Source of the DNA: Escherichia phage JEP6
Sequence record: MT764206.1
Length of the DNA: 64,000 nt
Direction: 5' to 3' (one strand)
Shown: positions 12,210 to 22,391 of the stretch, one piece after another
How positions within the stretch are numbered: the first letter of the stretch is position 1
Layout of the letters: every line of letters starts with the position of its first letter
Position numbers and translations under genes: made by a program
The notes under the pieces: model-generated
Seen by the model: only the letters and a program-made list of their open reading frames with translations
The model's database searches: none
Told to the model about the DNA's origin: nothing

Positions 12210-14473
12210 TACAATTTACACGCTGCACAATCGTCGGCTTTTGGAGTTTCTATTTCATAATCATCAGTACCGGAACCATCGCGGGTATTATGATAATAGA
12301 AATTTTTAATGCCATAATACCATCCGTATAGCATATCATCAATCATTATTGACATTGGAACCTTTCCTTTTGGAAAAATCTGCGGGTCATAATATGTATT
12401 TGCTGAAGCTGATTGACATACCCATTTAAGCATAATAGCTACTTGCGTAAGATAAGGTTTATTACCTTTCTTAGCTAATTTCCACGTATAATCATAGAGG
12501 TCTATGTTATGCTCAATATTGGGCACGACTTGATTAAAGGAACCCTCTTTTGATTCTTTAACAGAGACTGGTCCACGTGGAGGCTCGATACCGTTTGTAC
12601 TGTTAGAAACTTGGGAAGATGACTCACATGGCATAAGTGCTGATAATGTGCTATTACGGATGCCAAAGAGCTTAAGGTCTTCCCGCAGCGACGACCAGTC
12701 ACAAACGTATTTTGGAGCTGCGATTTGGTCAATCTTTTTATTGTACCAGTCGATAGGTAATTCGCCTCGAGACCAACGAGTGTCTGAATAATATTCGCAA
12801 GGTCCTTTTTCTTTGGCGAGCTTAATGGATGCTTTAATGAGTCCATACTGTAGTCTCTCAAATAGTTCATGTGTTAAATCGTTAGCATCTTCATAAGAAG
12901 CAAAGTTACTTGCCAGCCAAGCTGCATAGTTGGTAACACCTACACCGAGGTTACGACGCTTTTTAGCTTTTTCTGCTTCAGGAACTGGATATCCTTGGTA
13001 GTCCAAAAGATTATCAAGAGCGCGAACTTGAACTTCTGCTAATTCATTGATTTTATCTTGGTCTTGCCAATCGAAGTTATCCAACACAAATGCGCTAAGG
13101 GTACACAATCCAATTTCAGCATCAGGGCTATTCACATCATTTGTTGGAATAGCAATTTCACAGCACAAGTTACTCTGACGAATAGGTGCCTTTTCACGAA
13201 TAAACGGAGTATAGTTATTCGTATTATCAATGAACTGTACATAAATCCTTGCTGTCCCTGAACGTTCAGTCATGAGCAATTCAAATAGTTCACGGGCTTT
13301 AATACGCTTTTTACGAATATTAGGGTCTTTTTCTGCTGCTTCGTATAATTCACGGAAACGGTCTTGGTCTTTAAAATAAGAATAATAAAGCTCGCCACCC
13401 ATTTCGTGTGGACTGAACAAAGTAATGTAGTCGTTCTTTCCAAAACGTTCCATCATCAAATCATTCAGTTGAACGCCATAATCCATATGACGGATACGGT
13501 TTTCTTCTACGCCTTTGTTATTTTTCAAAACGAGAAGATTTTCAACTTCCAAATGCCAAATAGGATAATAAGCAGTAGCAGCGCCGCCACGAATTCCACC
13601 CTGTGAGCATGATTTAACAGCAGTCTGAAAATGTTTCCAAAAAGGAATAACACCAGTATGGCGTACTTCACCCATGCCAATCTTAGAACCTTCGGCACGA
13701 ATCATACCAACGTTAATACCAATTCCAGCGCGTTTAGAGATATATTCAACAATTGAAGCGGAAGCCTTATTGATAGACTTCAGCGAATCACCTGCTTCAA
13801 TAACAACGCATGAACTAAACTGTCGAGTTGGAGTACGACATCCAGCCATAATAGGAGTTGGCAATGAAATCTGTCGAGTGGATACTGCTTCATAAAAACG
13901 GATAACATGTTTTAATCTATCAACAGGTTCATCTTGATGCAGTGCCATTCCAATAGTCATAAATGCAAACTGCGGAGTTTCATAAATTTGACCAGTGGTT
14001 TTATCTTTAACTAGATATTTTTCTTTTAATTGCATCGCCCCGGAATAAGTAAATTCCATATCCCGCTCGTGCTTAATTTTTGATTCTAAAAATGTAATTT
14101 CTTCTGCTGAATATTTTGACAACAATTCAGGGTCATATTTACCTTCATTTACACAATAAGAAATATGGTCAATAAATGAACGTGGTTCATACTGCCCATA
14201 AACATGCTTACGAAGAGCGAACATTAAACAGCGAGCGGCTACATATTGGTAATCAGGCTCTTCAACCGAAATAGAATTCGCAGCAGCCTTAATGACAATA
14301 GTCTGAATATCATCAGTTGTCATTCCATCACGGAGATAAGATTTAATATTTTCATATAATTCATAAGGATCTACTGATGTTCCTTCAGCTGCCCAAGATA
14401 AAACTTTAATAATTTTTTGCGGGTCAAAGCTCTGAGAAACACCACTACTTTTGATAACATTAATTAATTGCAT
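12209..14473 (-). CDS. nrdA: ribonucleotide reductase large subunit
   Basis: 754 aa; recognisable class I RNR alpha sequence. Confidence 0.9.
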   Translation of the reverse strand: MQLINVIKSSGVSQSFDPQKIIKVLSWAAEGTSVDPYELYENIKSYLRDGMTTDDIQTIVIKAAANSISVEEPDYQYVAARCLMFALRKHVYGQYEPRSFIDHISYCVNEGKYDPELLSKYSAEEITFLESKIKHERDMEFTYSGAMQLKEKYLVKDKTTGQIYETPQFAFMTIGMALHQDEPVDRLKHVIRFYEAVSTRQISLPTPIMAGCRTPTRQFSSCVVIEAGDSLKSINKASASIVEYISKRAGIGINVGMIRAEGSKIGMGEVRHTGVIPFWKHFQTAVKSCSQGGIRGGAATAYYPIWHLEVENLLVLKNNKGVEENRIRHMDYGVQLNDLMMERFGKNDYITLFSPHEMGGELYYSYFKDQDRFRELYEAAEKDPNIRKKRIKARELFELLMTERSGTARIYVQFIDNTNNYTPFIREKAPIRQSNLCCEIAIPTNDVNSPDAEIGLCTLSAFVLDNFDWQDQDKINELAEVQVRALDNLLDYQGYPVPEAEKAKKRRNLGVGVTNYAAWLASNFASYEDANDLTHELFERLQYGLIKASIKLAKEKGPCEYYSDTRWSRGELPIDWYNKKIDQIAAPKYVCDWSSLREDLKLFGIRNSTLSALMPCESSSQVSNSTNGIEPPRGPVSVKESKEGSFNQVVPNIEHNIDLYDYTWKLAKKGNKPYLTQVAIMLKWVCQSASANTYYDPQIFPKGKVPMSIMIDDMLYGWYYGIKNFYYHNTRDGSGTDDYEIETPKADDCAACKL

Positions 14474-14789
14474 AAGTCCTCAACTTGAAAATCGTCTTTA
14501 AACAATCGGTTAACTATATGAGCTATTATATCACCATGACACGGCTTTGGTTTACATGTGCATCCTAGCCTCATTCCACGTAAAGGCTCTAAATGTGCTT
14601 TAGTTATTTCTCCGGATTTAATTCGACGTATAAAATCTTTTTTGAATAATTCAATGGCAGCCTCCCGGCTGCCAGCATCTTTACCGACGTAAAGACTCTA
14701 AATGTACCACGGTGAATATTAACATCAAAGTCGGATTTGTATTTATTCACTACCCGGCATAGACGGCCCGCGCGGTTGTAGGTGTTCAT
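14464..14789 (-). pseudogene. frame-disrupted ORF (candidate DUF4326-like) between td and nrdA
   Basis: 61-aa ORF (14604..14789) plus a second frame running 14464..14700 ending 7 nt past the nrdA ATG and containing a CxCxPxPCHGD motif but no start codon before 14578; 17-bp near-perfect direct repeat at 14688-14704 and 14579-14595. Confidence 0.35.
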
Positions 14790-15006
14790 ATTGTTCTTCC
14801 GTTAAAACAGTAATATCATAGTAACAGTCAGAAGAAGTTTTAACTGTGGAAATTTTATTATCAAAATACTCACGAGTCATTTTATGAGTATAATATTTTT
14901 TGCCATAAATGATAATAGGCTGATTTGGTCCTGGAACTTCTAACTCACTTGGATTAGGAAGTGTAAAAAGAACTACACCAGAAGTATCTTTAAATCGTAA
15001 AATCAT
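14743..15006 (-). CDS. hypothetical protein
   Basis: ORF track 14743..15018; start at ATG preceded by GAGGA. Confidence 0.5.
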   Translation of the reverse strand: MILRFKDTSGVVLFTLPNPSELEVPGPNQPIIIYGKKYYTHKMTREYFDNKISTVKTSSDCYYDITVLTEEQYEHLQPRGPSMPGSE

Positions 15007-15029
15007 ATATCCTCGCAATTAAATTAAAA

Positions 15030-15341
15030 TTATACCGCCATCTTTCCTTTAATTGGCGGGTGAGATACATAGTTGTTAAGAACAAAATTATGCGGCTTTG
15101 CGAATTGACTCAACCAAAATACCTGCGATTCTGTGTCCCATTCATCAAATTCATCTGGAAATTTTAATTGCAATTCGCATAAATCCATAGGTTCACGACG
15201 TAAAATTTCTTTACATTGTTCTACGTGATTCATATAGATATGAGTATTACCGCCAGAAAATATCAAATCTCCTGGAATAAGATTACACATCTTAGCTACA
15301 ATATGAACTAATGCAGCATATGATGCAATGTTGAACGGTAG
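15030..15341 (-). CDS. td: thymidylate synthase, exon 2
   Basis: Begins CTACCGTTC (LPFNIASYA) immediately after intron-terminal ATG; C-terminal TS sequence. Confidence 0.85.
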   Translation of the reverse strand, partial: LPFNIASYAALVHIVAKMCNLIPGDLIFSGGNTHIYMNHVEQCKEILRREPMDLCELQLKFPDEFDEWDTESQVFWLSQFAKPHNFVLNNYVSHPPIKGKMAV

Positions 15342-16357
15342 CATTATGTTCAGATAAGGTCGTTAATCTTACCCCGGAATTATATCCAGCTGCATGTCAC
15401 CATGCAGATCAGACTATATCTCCAACTTGTTAAAGCAAGTTGTCTATCGTTTCGAGTCACTTGACCCTACTCCCCAAAGGGATAGTCGTTAGGCATTTAT
15501 GTAGAACCAATTCCATTTATCAGATTTTACACGATAAGTAACTAATCCAGACGAAATTTTAAAATGTCTAGCTGCATCTGCTGCACAATCAAAAATAACC
15601 CCATCACATGAAATCTTTTTAATATTACTAGGCTTTTTACCTTTCATCTTTTCTGATATTTTAGATTTAGTTATGTCTGAATGCTTATGATTAAAGAATG
15701 AATTATTTTCACCTGAACGATTTCTGCATTTACTACAAGTATAAGCAGAAGTTTGTATGCGAACACCGCACTTACAAAACTTATGGGTTTCTGGATTCCA
15801 ACGCCCGTTTTTACTTCCGGGTTTACTGTAAAGAGCTTTCCGACCATCAGGTCCAAGTTTAAGCATCTTAGCTTTAACAGTTTCAGAACGTTTCTTAATA
15901 ATTTCTTCTTTTAATGGATGCGTAGAACATGTATCACCAAACGTTGCGTCAGCAATATTGTATCCATTAATTTTAGAATTAAGCTCTTTAATCCAAAAAT
16001 TTTCTCGTTCAATAATCAAATCTTTCTCATATGGAATTTCTTCCAAAATAGAACATTCAAACACATTACCATGTTTGTTAAAAGACCTCTGAAGCTTTAT
16101 AGAAGAATGGCATCCTTTTTCTAAATCTTTAAAATGCCTCTTCCATCTCTTTTCAAAATCTTTAGCACTTCCTACATATACTTTATTGTTTAAAGTATTT
16201 TTAATCTGATAAATTCCGCTTTTCATAAATACCTCTTTAAATATAGAAGTATTTATTAAAGGGCAGTCCTACAATTTAGCACGGGATTGTCTACTAGAGA
16301 GGTTCCCCGTTTAGATAGATTACAAGTATAAGTCACCTTATACTCAGGCCTCAATTA
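15342..16357 (-). mobile_element. group I self-splicing intron in td (1016 nt)
   Basis: Exon 1 ends GTTTTCTTGGGT followed by TAATTGAGGCCTGAGTATAAGGTGACTTATAC; intron ends ...ATG before exon 2; length 1016 nt matches the T4 td intron. Confidence 0.85.
15489..16226 (-). CDS. I-TevI: GIY-YIG homing endonuclease I-TevI (intron-encoded)
   Basis: 245 aa; GIYQIKN...KVYVGSA GIY-YIG motif; wholly inside td intron. Confidence 0.9.
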   Translation of the reverse strand: MKSGIYQIKNTLNNKVYVGSAKDFEKRWKRHFKDLEKGCHSSIKLQRSFNKHGNVFECSILEEIPYEKDLIIERENFWIKELNSKINGYNIADATFGDTCSTHPLKEEIIKKRSETVKAKMLKLGPDGRKALYSKPGSKNGRWNPETHKFCKCGVRIQTSAYTCSKCRNRSGENNSFFNHKHSDITKSKISEKMKGKKPSNIKKISCDGVIFDCAADAARHFKISSGLVTYRVKSDKWNWFYINA

Positions 16358-17729
<1,372 letters not shown>

Positions 17730-17739
17730 ATTATTTTCC

Positions 17740-17982
17740 TTAAACAGACTTTTTCACAATTTTCCAATCAGCTTTAAACTGCTCGACATCAGAATGGTAA
17801 ATCCAGAATCCTGCGCTTTCTCCATCCTCATAAAGAGGACATCCATCACATTCATCTTCCCATCCCATATCACGTAAAAGATGTTCAGCTTTTTCAACAA
17901 GTTCAGAATCTTTACCGATGATATTAAAATACCATTTACCTCTAACTTCTGAATCTTTGATGCTCTGGCGTTGTAATCTCAT
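17740..17982 (-). CDS. hypothetical protein
   Basis: 80-aa ORF downstream of early promoter. Confidence 0.5.
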   Translation of the reverse strand: MRLQRQSIKDSEVRGKWYFNIIGKDSELVEKAEHLLRDMGWEDECDGCPLYEDGESAGFWIYHSDVEQFKADWKIVKKSV

Positions 17983-18005
17983 TTTATTCTCCTCAGTAGT
18001 TGATA

Positions 18006-18042
18006 GGGTAATAGTATCACACTACTACCCTGCTGTAAACAA
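18006..18042 (-). promoter_or_regulatory. early promoter
   Basis: GTTTACA -35, TGATACTATTA -10 region. Confidence 0.5.
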
Positions 18043-18336
18043 TTATTTTTGAATTTTATCGAGCCACTTACCAAGCTTAATCATTTCTTTAGTAGCCTTT
18101 TCCATACTTCTGAACTTAACTAATAGAGGATAGGTATCGACACCCATAACTAAACTGGTTACAAGACTGTGTTCACCCACAAGCCATAACGAATACGTTT
18201 GAATATCGAGTCCGTAATTTCTGTCTTTATGGACCCGTACACCCATCACTTCAAATTTCTCACTAGCTTTTTCTACCGCATCCAGGAAATCATCTTTAGT
18301 CATATTAGGCCTTAAAAGTTTTTCGCAAAAGTTCAA
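18043..18336 (-). CDS. hypothetical protein
   Basis: 97-aa ORF. Confidence 0.5.
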   Translation of the reverse strand: MNFCEKLLRPNMTKDDFLDAVEKASEKFEVMGVRVHKDRNYGLDIQTYSLWLVGEHSLVTSLVMGVDTYPLLVKFRSMEKATKEMIKLGKWLDKIQK

Positions 18337-18691
18337 TGATTTCGTCTACATTATTTTCGTCAACAATGCAGTGAATTTTTGTTACGCCAGAAACTATACC
18401 TTCATTAGCGGATTGAGGCTTTTCTAAAGTTACCTCAGTAAAGTATTTGAATTCTTCAGAGTAAATCTCAAAATACGTCTCAAGTGGGCCACCCGCCATG
18501 TATTCAGTACCATCTTCCATAGTTACACGTACCACACATTCACCAGCACAATCATCACTTTCCATTTCATCTACAACAAAACTAGGTCCGTGCTTCTCTA
18601 TTAAATTTAGCATCATTACATTGCAACGGCACTCGTTAGCAAAGTCATTTTTAAATAAAGGGTTAATGATATAAGTTTTTCCAACTTCCAC
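18305..18691 (-). CDS. hypothetical protein
   Basis: 128-aa ORF. Confidence 0.5.
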   Translation of the reverse strand: MEVGKTYIINPLFKNDFANECRCNVMMLNLIEKHGPSFVVDEMESDDCAGECVVRVTMEDGTEYMAGGPLETYFEIYSEEFKYFTEVTLEKPQSANEGIVSGVTKIHCIVDENNVDEIIELLRKTFKA

Positions 18692-18737
18692 TTTGATTTC
18701 CTCATTTTAACGGGGCTATCAAATAGCCCCTTGATAA

Positions 18738-18965
18738 TTATTGTTCAATCAGTCCCATGTAAAATTCTGCGTCTTCAGAATCCATGCCATCGCAATATTC
18801 ATTAGCCATAAAGAGGGTGAGGTCTTCAAGAGGACCTTTAATAACGATTTGAATACTCCAAAACTTAGAATCTTGCACGCTTGTGATACTAAGTTCAGGA
18901 TAACGATTACGAATAATCTCTTCAATATATTCAAAATCAACGATGTCAATATCAACTTTAGCCAT
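18738..18965 (-). CDS. hypothetical protein
   Basis: ORF track 18738..19028; start moved to MAKVD because an early promoter occupies 19003..19040. Confidence 0.45.
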   Translation of the reverse strand: MAKVDIDIVDFEYIEEIIRNRYPELSITSVQDSKFWSIQIVIKGPLEDLTLFMANEYCDGMDSEDAEFYMGLIEQ

Positions 18966-19002
18966 ATTATTTTCCTCTTTAATCATCAGCAGTATTGCCG
19001 AT

Positions 19003-19040
19003 AGTTGTATAGTACCATGGAAGGACAAGGATGTAAACAG
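19003..19040 (-). promoter_or_regulatory. early promoter immediately downstream of gene 32 terminator
   Basis: GTTTACA ... TGGTACTATACAA. Confidence 0.55.
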
Positions 19041-19063
19041 TTTTGTGAAAAAATTTTTGAAAT

Positions 19064-19088
19064 AAAAAAGGGGACCTCTAGGGTCCCC
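19064..19088 (-). terminator. rho-independent terminator after gene 32
   Basis: Hairpin GGGGACC-CTAGA-GGTCCCC then T6. Confidence 0.7.
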
Positions 19089-19110
19089 AATTAATTAGTA
19101 ATATAATCTA

Positions 19111-20016
19111 TTAAAGGTCATTCAAAAGGTCATCCAGGTCCGTGTCATCAGCACTAGATGAACTGCCAGAGCTTGAGCTCATAAAATCATCTTCAGTTTT
19201 TGTTTTGAAGTCATCAACATTGAATGCATCCAAATCATCAGCAACTTTATCAGCTTTCTTAGCGGCAGTCGCTGCGGCACCACCCATAGCAGCAGTTCCC
19301 ATAACTTGACTGAACTTAGTGCTCAGTTCTTCAAACGATTTGAATTTATCTTTAGAAGTCATTTCAGAAAGGTCAACCATTTGTTCGAACAGTTCTTTCT
19401 GGAAAGATTCATCATCAATGTTTGGAATCGCAGATTGATTCAGGAATTTAGATTCGTCGTAGTTACTAAAACCAGAAACTTGTTTAACTTTCAGTACAAA
19501 GTTAGCACCTTCCCACGGACAAGTTACATCAACCGGAGTTTCACCCATTTCAACATCAACTGCAATCATTGCATTGATTTTATCCCAGATTTTCTTACCG
19601 AAACGGTATTTAAATACTTTACCTTCATTTTCTGGAGCAGCTGGGTCTTTTACTACAAGAATGTTAGCCCAGTAAGAAGTTTTACGTTTAACAAGACCGT
19701 ACTCTTTATTGTCAGTGTTGTACAAATCATTTTTACTGATGTACTGACATACTGGACAAGAATCGTAATCACCGTGGGTAGATGAACATGTTTCAATATA
19801 CCATTTACCATTTTTCTTGAAACCGTGATTTACAAGAATTGCGAATGGTGCTTGTTCATCATTTTTAGACGGAAGAAAACGAATTACTGCTTGACCGTTA
19901 CCCGCATTATCGAGTTTCAGTTTCCACTCGCCTTTATCTTCAGAAGAAAAACCTTTATTGCCATTCAGTTTAGCCATTTGTGCAGCAAGTTCAGCAGTAG
20001 ATTTACGTTTAAACAT
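19111..20016 (-). CDS. 32: single-stranded DNA-binding protein gp32
   Basis: 301 aa; recognised sequence incl. acidic Ser/Asp-rich C-terminus. Confidence 0.9.
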
Positions 20017-20060
20017 TTTTATTTCCTTTTTAATTTAATTTAATTTAATTAACAGTTGGT
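20017..20060 (-). promoter_or_regulatory. gene 32 translational operator (autoregulatory gp32 binding region)
   Basis: mRNA leader UUAAUUAAAUUAAAUUAAAUUAAAAAGGAAAUAAAAAUG with tandem UUAAA repeats. Confidence 0.7.
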
Positions 20061-20125
20061 GCTATGACGATGTATGACCTCATAGCTGGTCAGTGAGATA
20101 ATTATAATTTATTTATAATAAGCAA

Positions 20126-20779
20126 TTAATACTTACAAGATTTCACAGTTTCAATAAAAACTTTTTTAGCTTCCTGTGAATCAATATTTAAAATTTTTCT
20201 ATAAGCCTTTAACTTTATAGAATAATTATTCCAGACTAAATTATCAGTCTGTTCATCGTGTTTATCAATTATATTTAAAAATGAATCAAGCAAGATAAAC
20301 GTCTCAAACGAAATTATATTCGATTGAAGTAGTTTAAAAATATAACTCGACTGAACTTTTGGATTATACTCAAAGATTTCTTTAAAAGCAGAAACTTCAA
20401 CTTTTTTACTAAAATAATAAATGTTGCGAATATCTTCTTCAAACTTAAATTTAATTTGCTTTAAGCGTCCGATATATTCACGATAAAACACAAGTGCATC
20501 AGCGTCAGAGATGTCACCAATCCAAGCATCTTGGTTAGCAACAAGATTGCTTATAAAGATTAAAGCAAGTTCCTTTAATTTATATTTTTCTGATAACTTC
20601 TGGAAAAAATACTTATCCCTTCGCTTTTGATAAGCGGCATCAGACACCCGCATGCACCAATTATACTTAATAACATCATACTTTCCATTCATATGTTGTT
20701 TTATCATTAAGTATAATTTATAAACTGATTTACCATCAATGTATCTTTCACCACCAGCAGGCATGCGGAGTTTAATCAT
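20126..20779 (-). CDS. 59: helicase loader gp59
   Basis: 217 aa. Confidence 0.85.
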   Translation of the reverse strand: MIKLRMPAGGERYIDGKSVYKLYLMIKQHMNGKYDVIKYNWCMRVSDAAYQKRRDKYFFQKLSEKYKLKELALIFISNLVANQDAWIGDISDADALVFYREYIGRLKQIKFKFEEDIRNIYYFSKKVEVSAFKEIFEYNPKVQSSYIFKLLQSNIISFETFILLDSFLNIIDKHDEQTDNLVWNNYSIKLKAYRKILNIDSQEAKKVFIETVKSCKY

Positions 20780-21114
20780 AGTAGAAAATCTAATGTATTA
20801 GTTTTTTCACAACGAACAACAGAAGGACGTAAAAGATTTTCGTCAATAGCTTCTGACTGAATTTTTTCAATTATACCCGAAGGAATAAATTTAGCAAATT
20901 GAGTTTCAGGAATAGAATTTTCTTCCAAGAATGCTGTTGTAGCTTCAAGATAACTCATTCCAAACTCTTCTACCATTTTTTCAATAATAAATCCATTTTC
21001 TTGACGATCAAGAAGCTTTGCTATTTCATCCTTTTCTTTCTTGATTGAAAGTTCTTTTTCTGAAAGACCGGTCTCATCGACCGGACGAATGTCATTTAGA
21101 GAAAACTGTGTCAT
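20776..21114 (-). CDS. 33: late transcription co-activator gp33
   Basis: 112 aa from MTQFSL. Confidence 0.8.
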   Translation of the reverse strand: MTQFSLNDIRPVDETGLSEKELSIKKEKDEIAKLLDRQENGFIIEKMVEEFGMSYLEATTAFLEENSIPETQFAKFIPSGIIEKIQSEAIDENLLRPSVVRCEKTNTLDFLL

Positions 21115-21361
21115 AAAGTTCAACTACCTCTTCAGTTTCAGCTTCAAACACATCACGATTATCTTTATGATACAAAGCTAATAGACGATTAAACATCTTA
21201 CCATCAACGCCAAGTTCATCTTTGGCACGAATTCGAATATCTTTAATCAGTTCATTATAACCGGAAATTTTCAGTTTATGATCAGATGCTTCTTTAATAA
21301 ATTTAGCCAAGTCTTCGCCATGGATAGCTTCATCAAATTCAACCATTTCTTTTTTAGCCAT
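21092..21361 (-). CDS. dsbA: double-stranded DNA-binding protein
   Basis: 89 aa; position between rnh and 33. Confidence 0.75.
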   Translation of the reverse strand: MAKKEMVEFDEAIHGEDLAKFIKEASDHKLKISGYNELIKDIRIRAKDELGVDGKMFNRLLALYHKDNRDVFEAETEEVVELYDTVFSK

Positions 21362-21369
21362 TATTCACC

Positions 21370-22287
21370 TCAAAATTCATTAATGCTATTAGTTAATTTA
21401 GAAAGACCCGCTTTTACAAAATATGAATAAATTTTTCCACGCGGTGGTAATTTATATGAATTATAGTAATTCACAATGTTTGAAGCAATATTATCAGGAA
21501 TATAATCAAAATCAATTAGAACTAAATTTTCTTTATACCGATTATATTCAGATTCTGTGAGAAGCACCTTAGCTTGCTCACGGTCATTAGCAATAGCTTC
21601 AACGATTGAAGTTTTCATTGAAGGAGTTCGTTCACCTTCAACTTTGGTAAACCAAAAGTCAGATCGTACTTTAACTGAAGCAACGTTATCCTTTTTGTCG
21701 CCTTTAAGGATTTTAGTCATACAGTCAATTTCAGCAGAACCGCTTTTAATTTTAACCCATTTCTTGTGCATTGGTGACCATTGCTTAACATTTGGATATT
21801 TGTGAAGTTGGGTAAAGTCACCATCCGACGAAATGATTAAAATCTTATGTCCTTCTAAAGAGAACTTTTTAACAAGAACAGCAATATGGTCATCTGCTTC
21901 ATACTTATCAATATCCATAACAATGTATGGCATATAAGCTTTCAATTCATCTATAACTTTATGACTGGATTCAAAATAACCTTCCCAGTCCCAAGTAGAT
22001 TCTTCTCGTGCTTTTCCGCGGTTTTTCTTATAATAATAAGCGAAATCACGACGCCAATATCCAGATTTTGCGTTATCGATACACAACACAATTTTAGTGT
22101 ATCCAAGAGTTTTCGCTTTTTTGACATTAAACTTAATTGAGTTCAATATCAAATGACGAACCATTGATAAATTAATTTTTTCTTTATCTGGGAAGTTTAC
22201 TAGAGCAGTTGAAAGCGCAATTTGACTAAAGTCAATTAAGCAGATTCCTTCTTTGTAATCTTCATCCAGCATCATTTCTAAATCCAT
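21370..22287 (-). CDS. rnh: RNase H (5'-3' exonuclease / flap endonuclease)
   Basis: 305 aa from MDLEMM. Confidence 0.85.
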   Translation of the reverse strand: MDLEMMLDEDYKEGICLIDFSQIALSTALVNFPDKEKINLSMVRHLILNSIKFNVKKAKTLGYTKIVLCIDNAKSGYWRRDFAYYYKKNRGKAREESTWDWEGYFESSHKVIDELKAYMPYIVMDIDKYEADDHIAVLVKKFSLEGHKILIISSDGDFTQLHKYPNVKQWSPMHKKWVKIKSGSAEIDCMTKILKGDKKDNVASVKVRSDFWFTKVEGERTPSMKTSIVEAIANDREQAKVLLTESEYNRYKENLVLIDFDYIPDNIASNIVNYYNSYKLPPRGKIYSYFVKAGLSKLTNSINEF

Positions 22288-22312
22288 ATGAACCTCGTTC
22301 AATTAGTGAGAT

Positions 22313-22348
22313 TTCTATTATATACTATCCAAATCTTAAAGTAAACAA
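22313..22348 (-). promoter_or_regulatory. early promoter for rnh, abutting gene 34 late promoter
   Basis: GTTTAC ... TAGTATATAATAG. Confidence 0.5.
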
Positions 22349-22349
22349 G

Positions 22350-22357
22350 TATAAATA
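22350..22357 (+). promoter_or_regulatory. late promoter TATAAATA for gene 34
   Basis: Exact TATAAATA 35 bp upstream of gene 34 ATG. Confidence 0.7.
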
Positions 22358-22391
22358 CTTATTATTGAAAACACAATAGGAGCCCGGGAGA

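Noticed and set aside
12502-12870. 122-aa ORF inside nrdA
   Set aside because: Alternative frame within a well-supported 754-aa gene; no start context
19306-19785. 159-aa plus-strand ORF inside gene 32
   Set aside because: Antisense to the highly conserved gp32 gene; Phe/Asn-rich translation typical of AT-rich antisense frames
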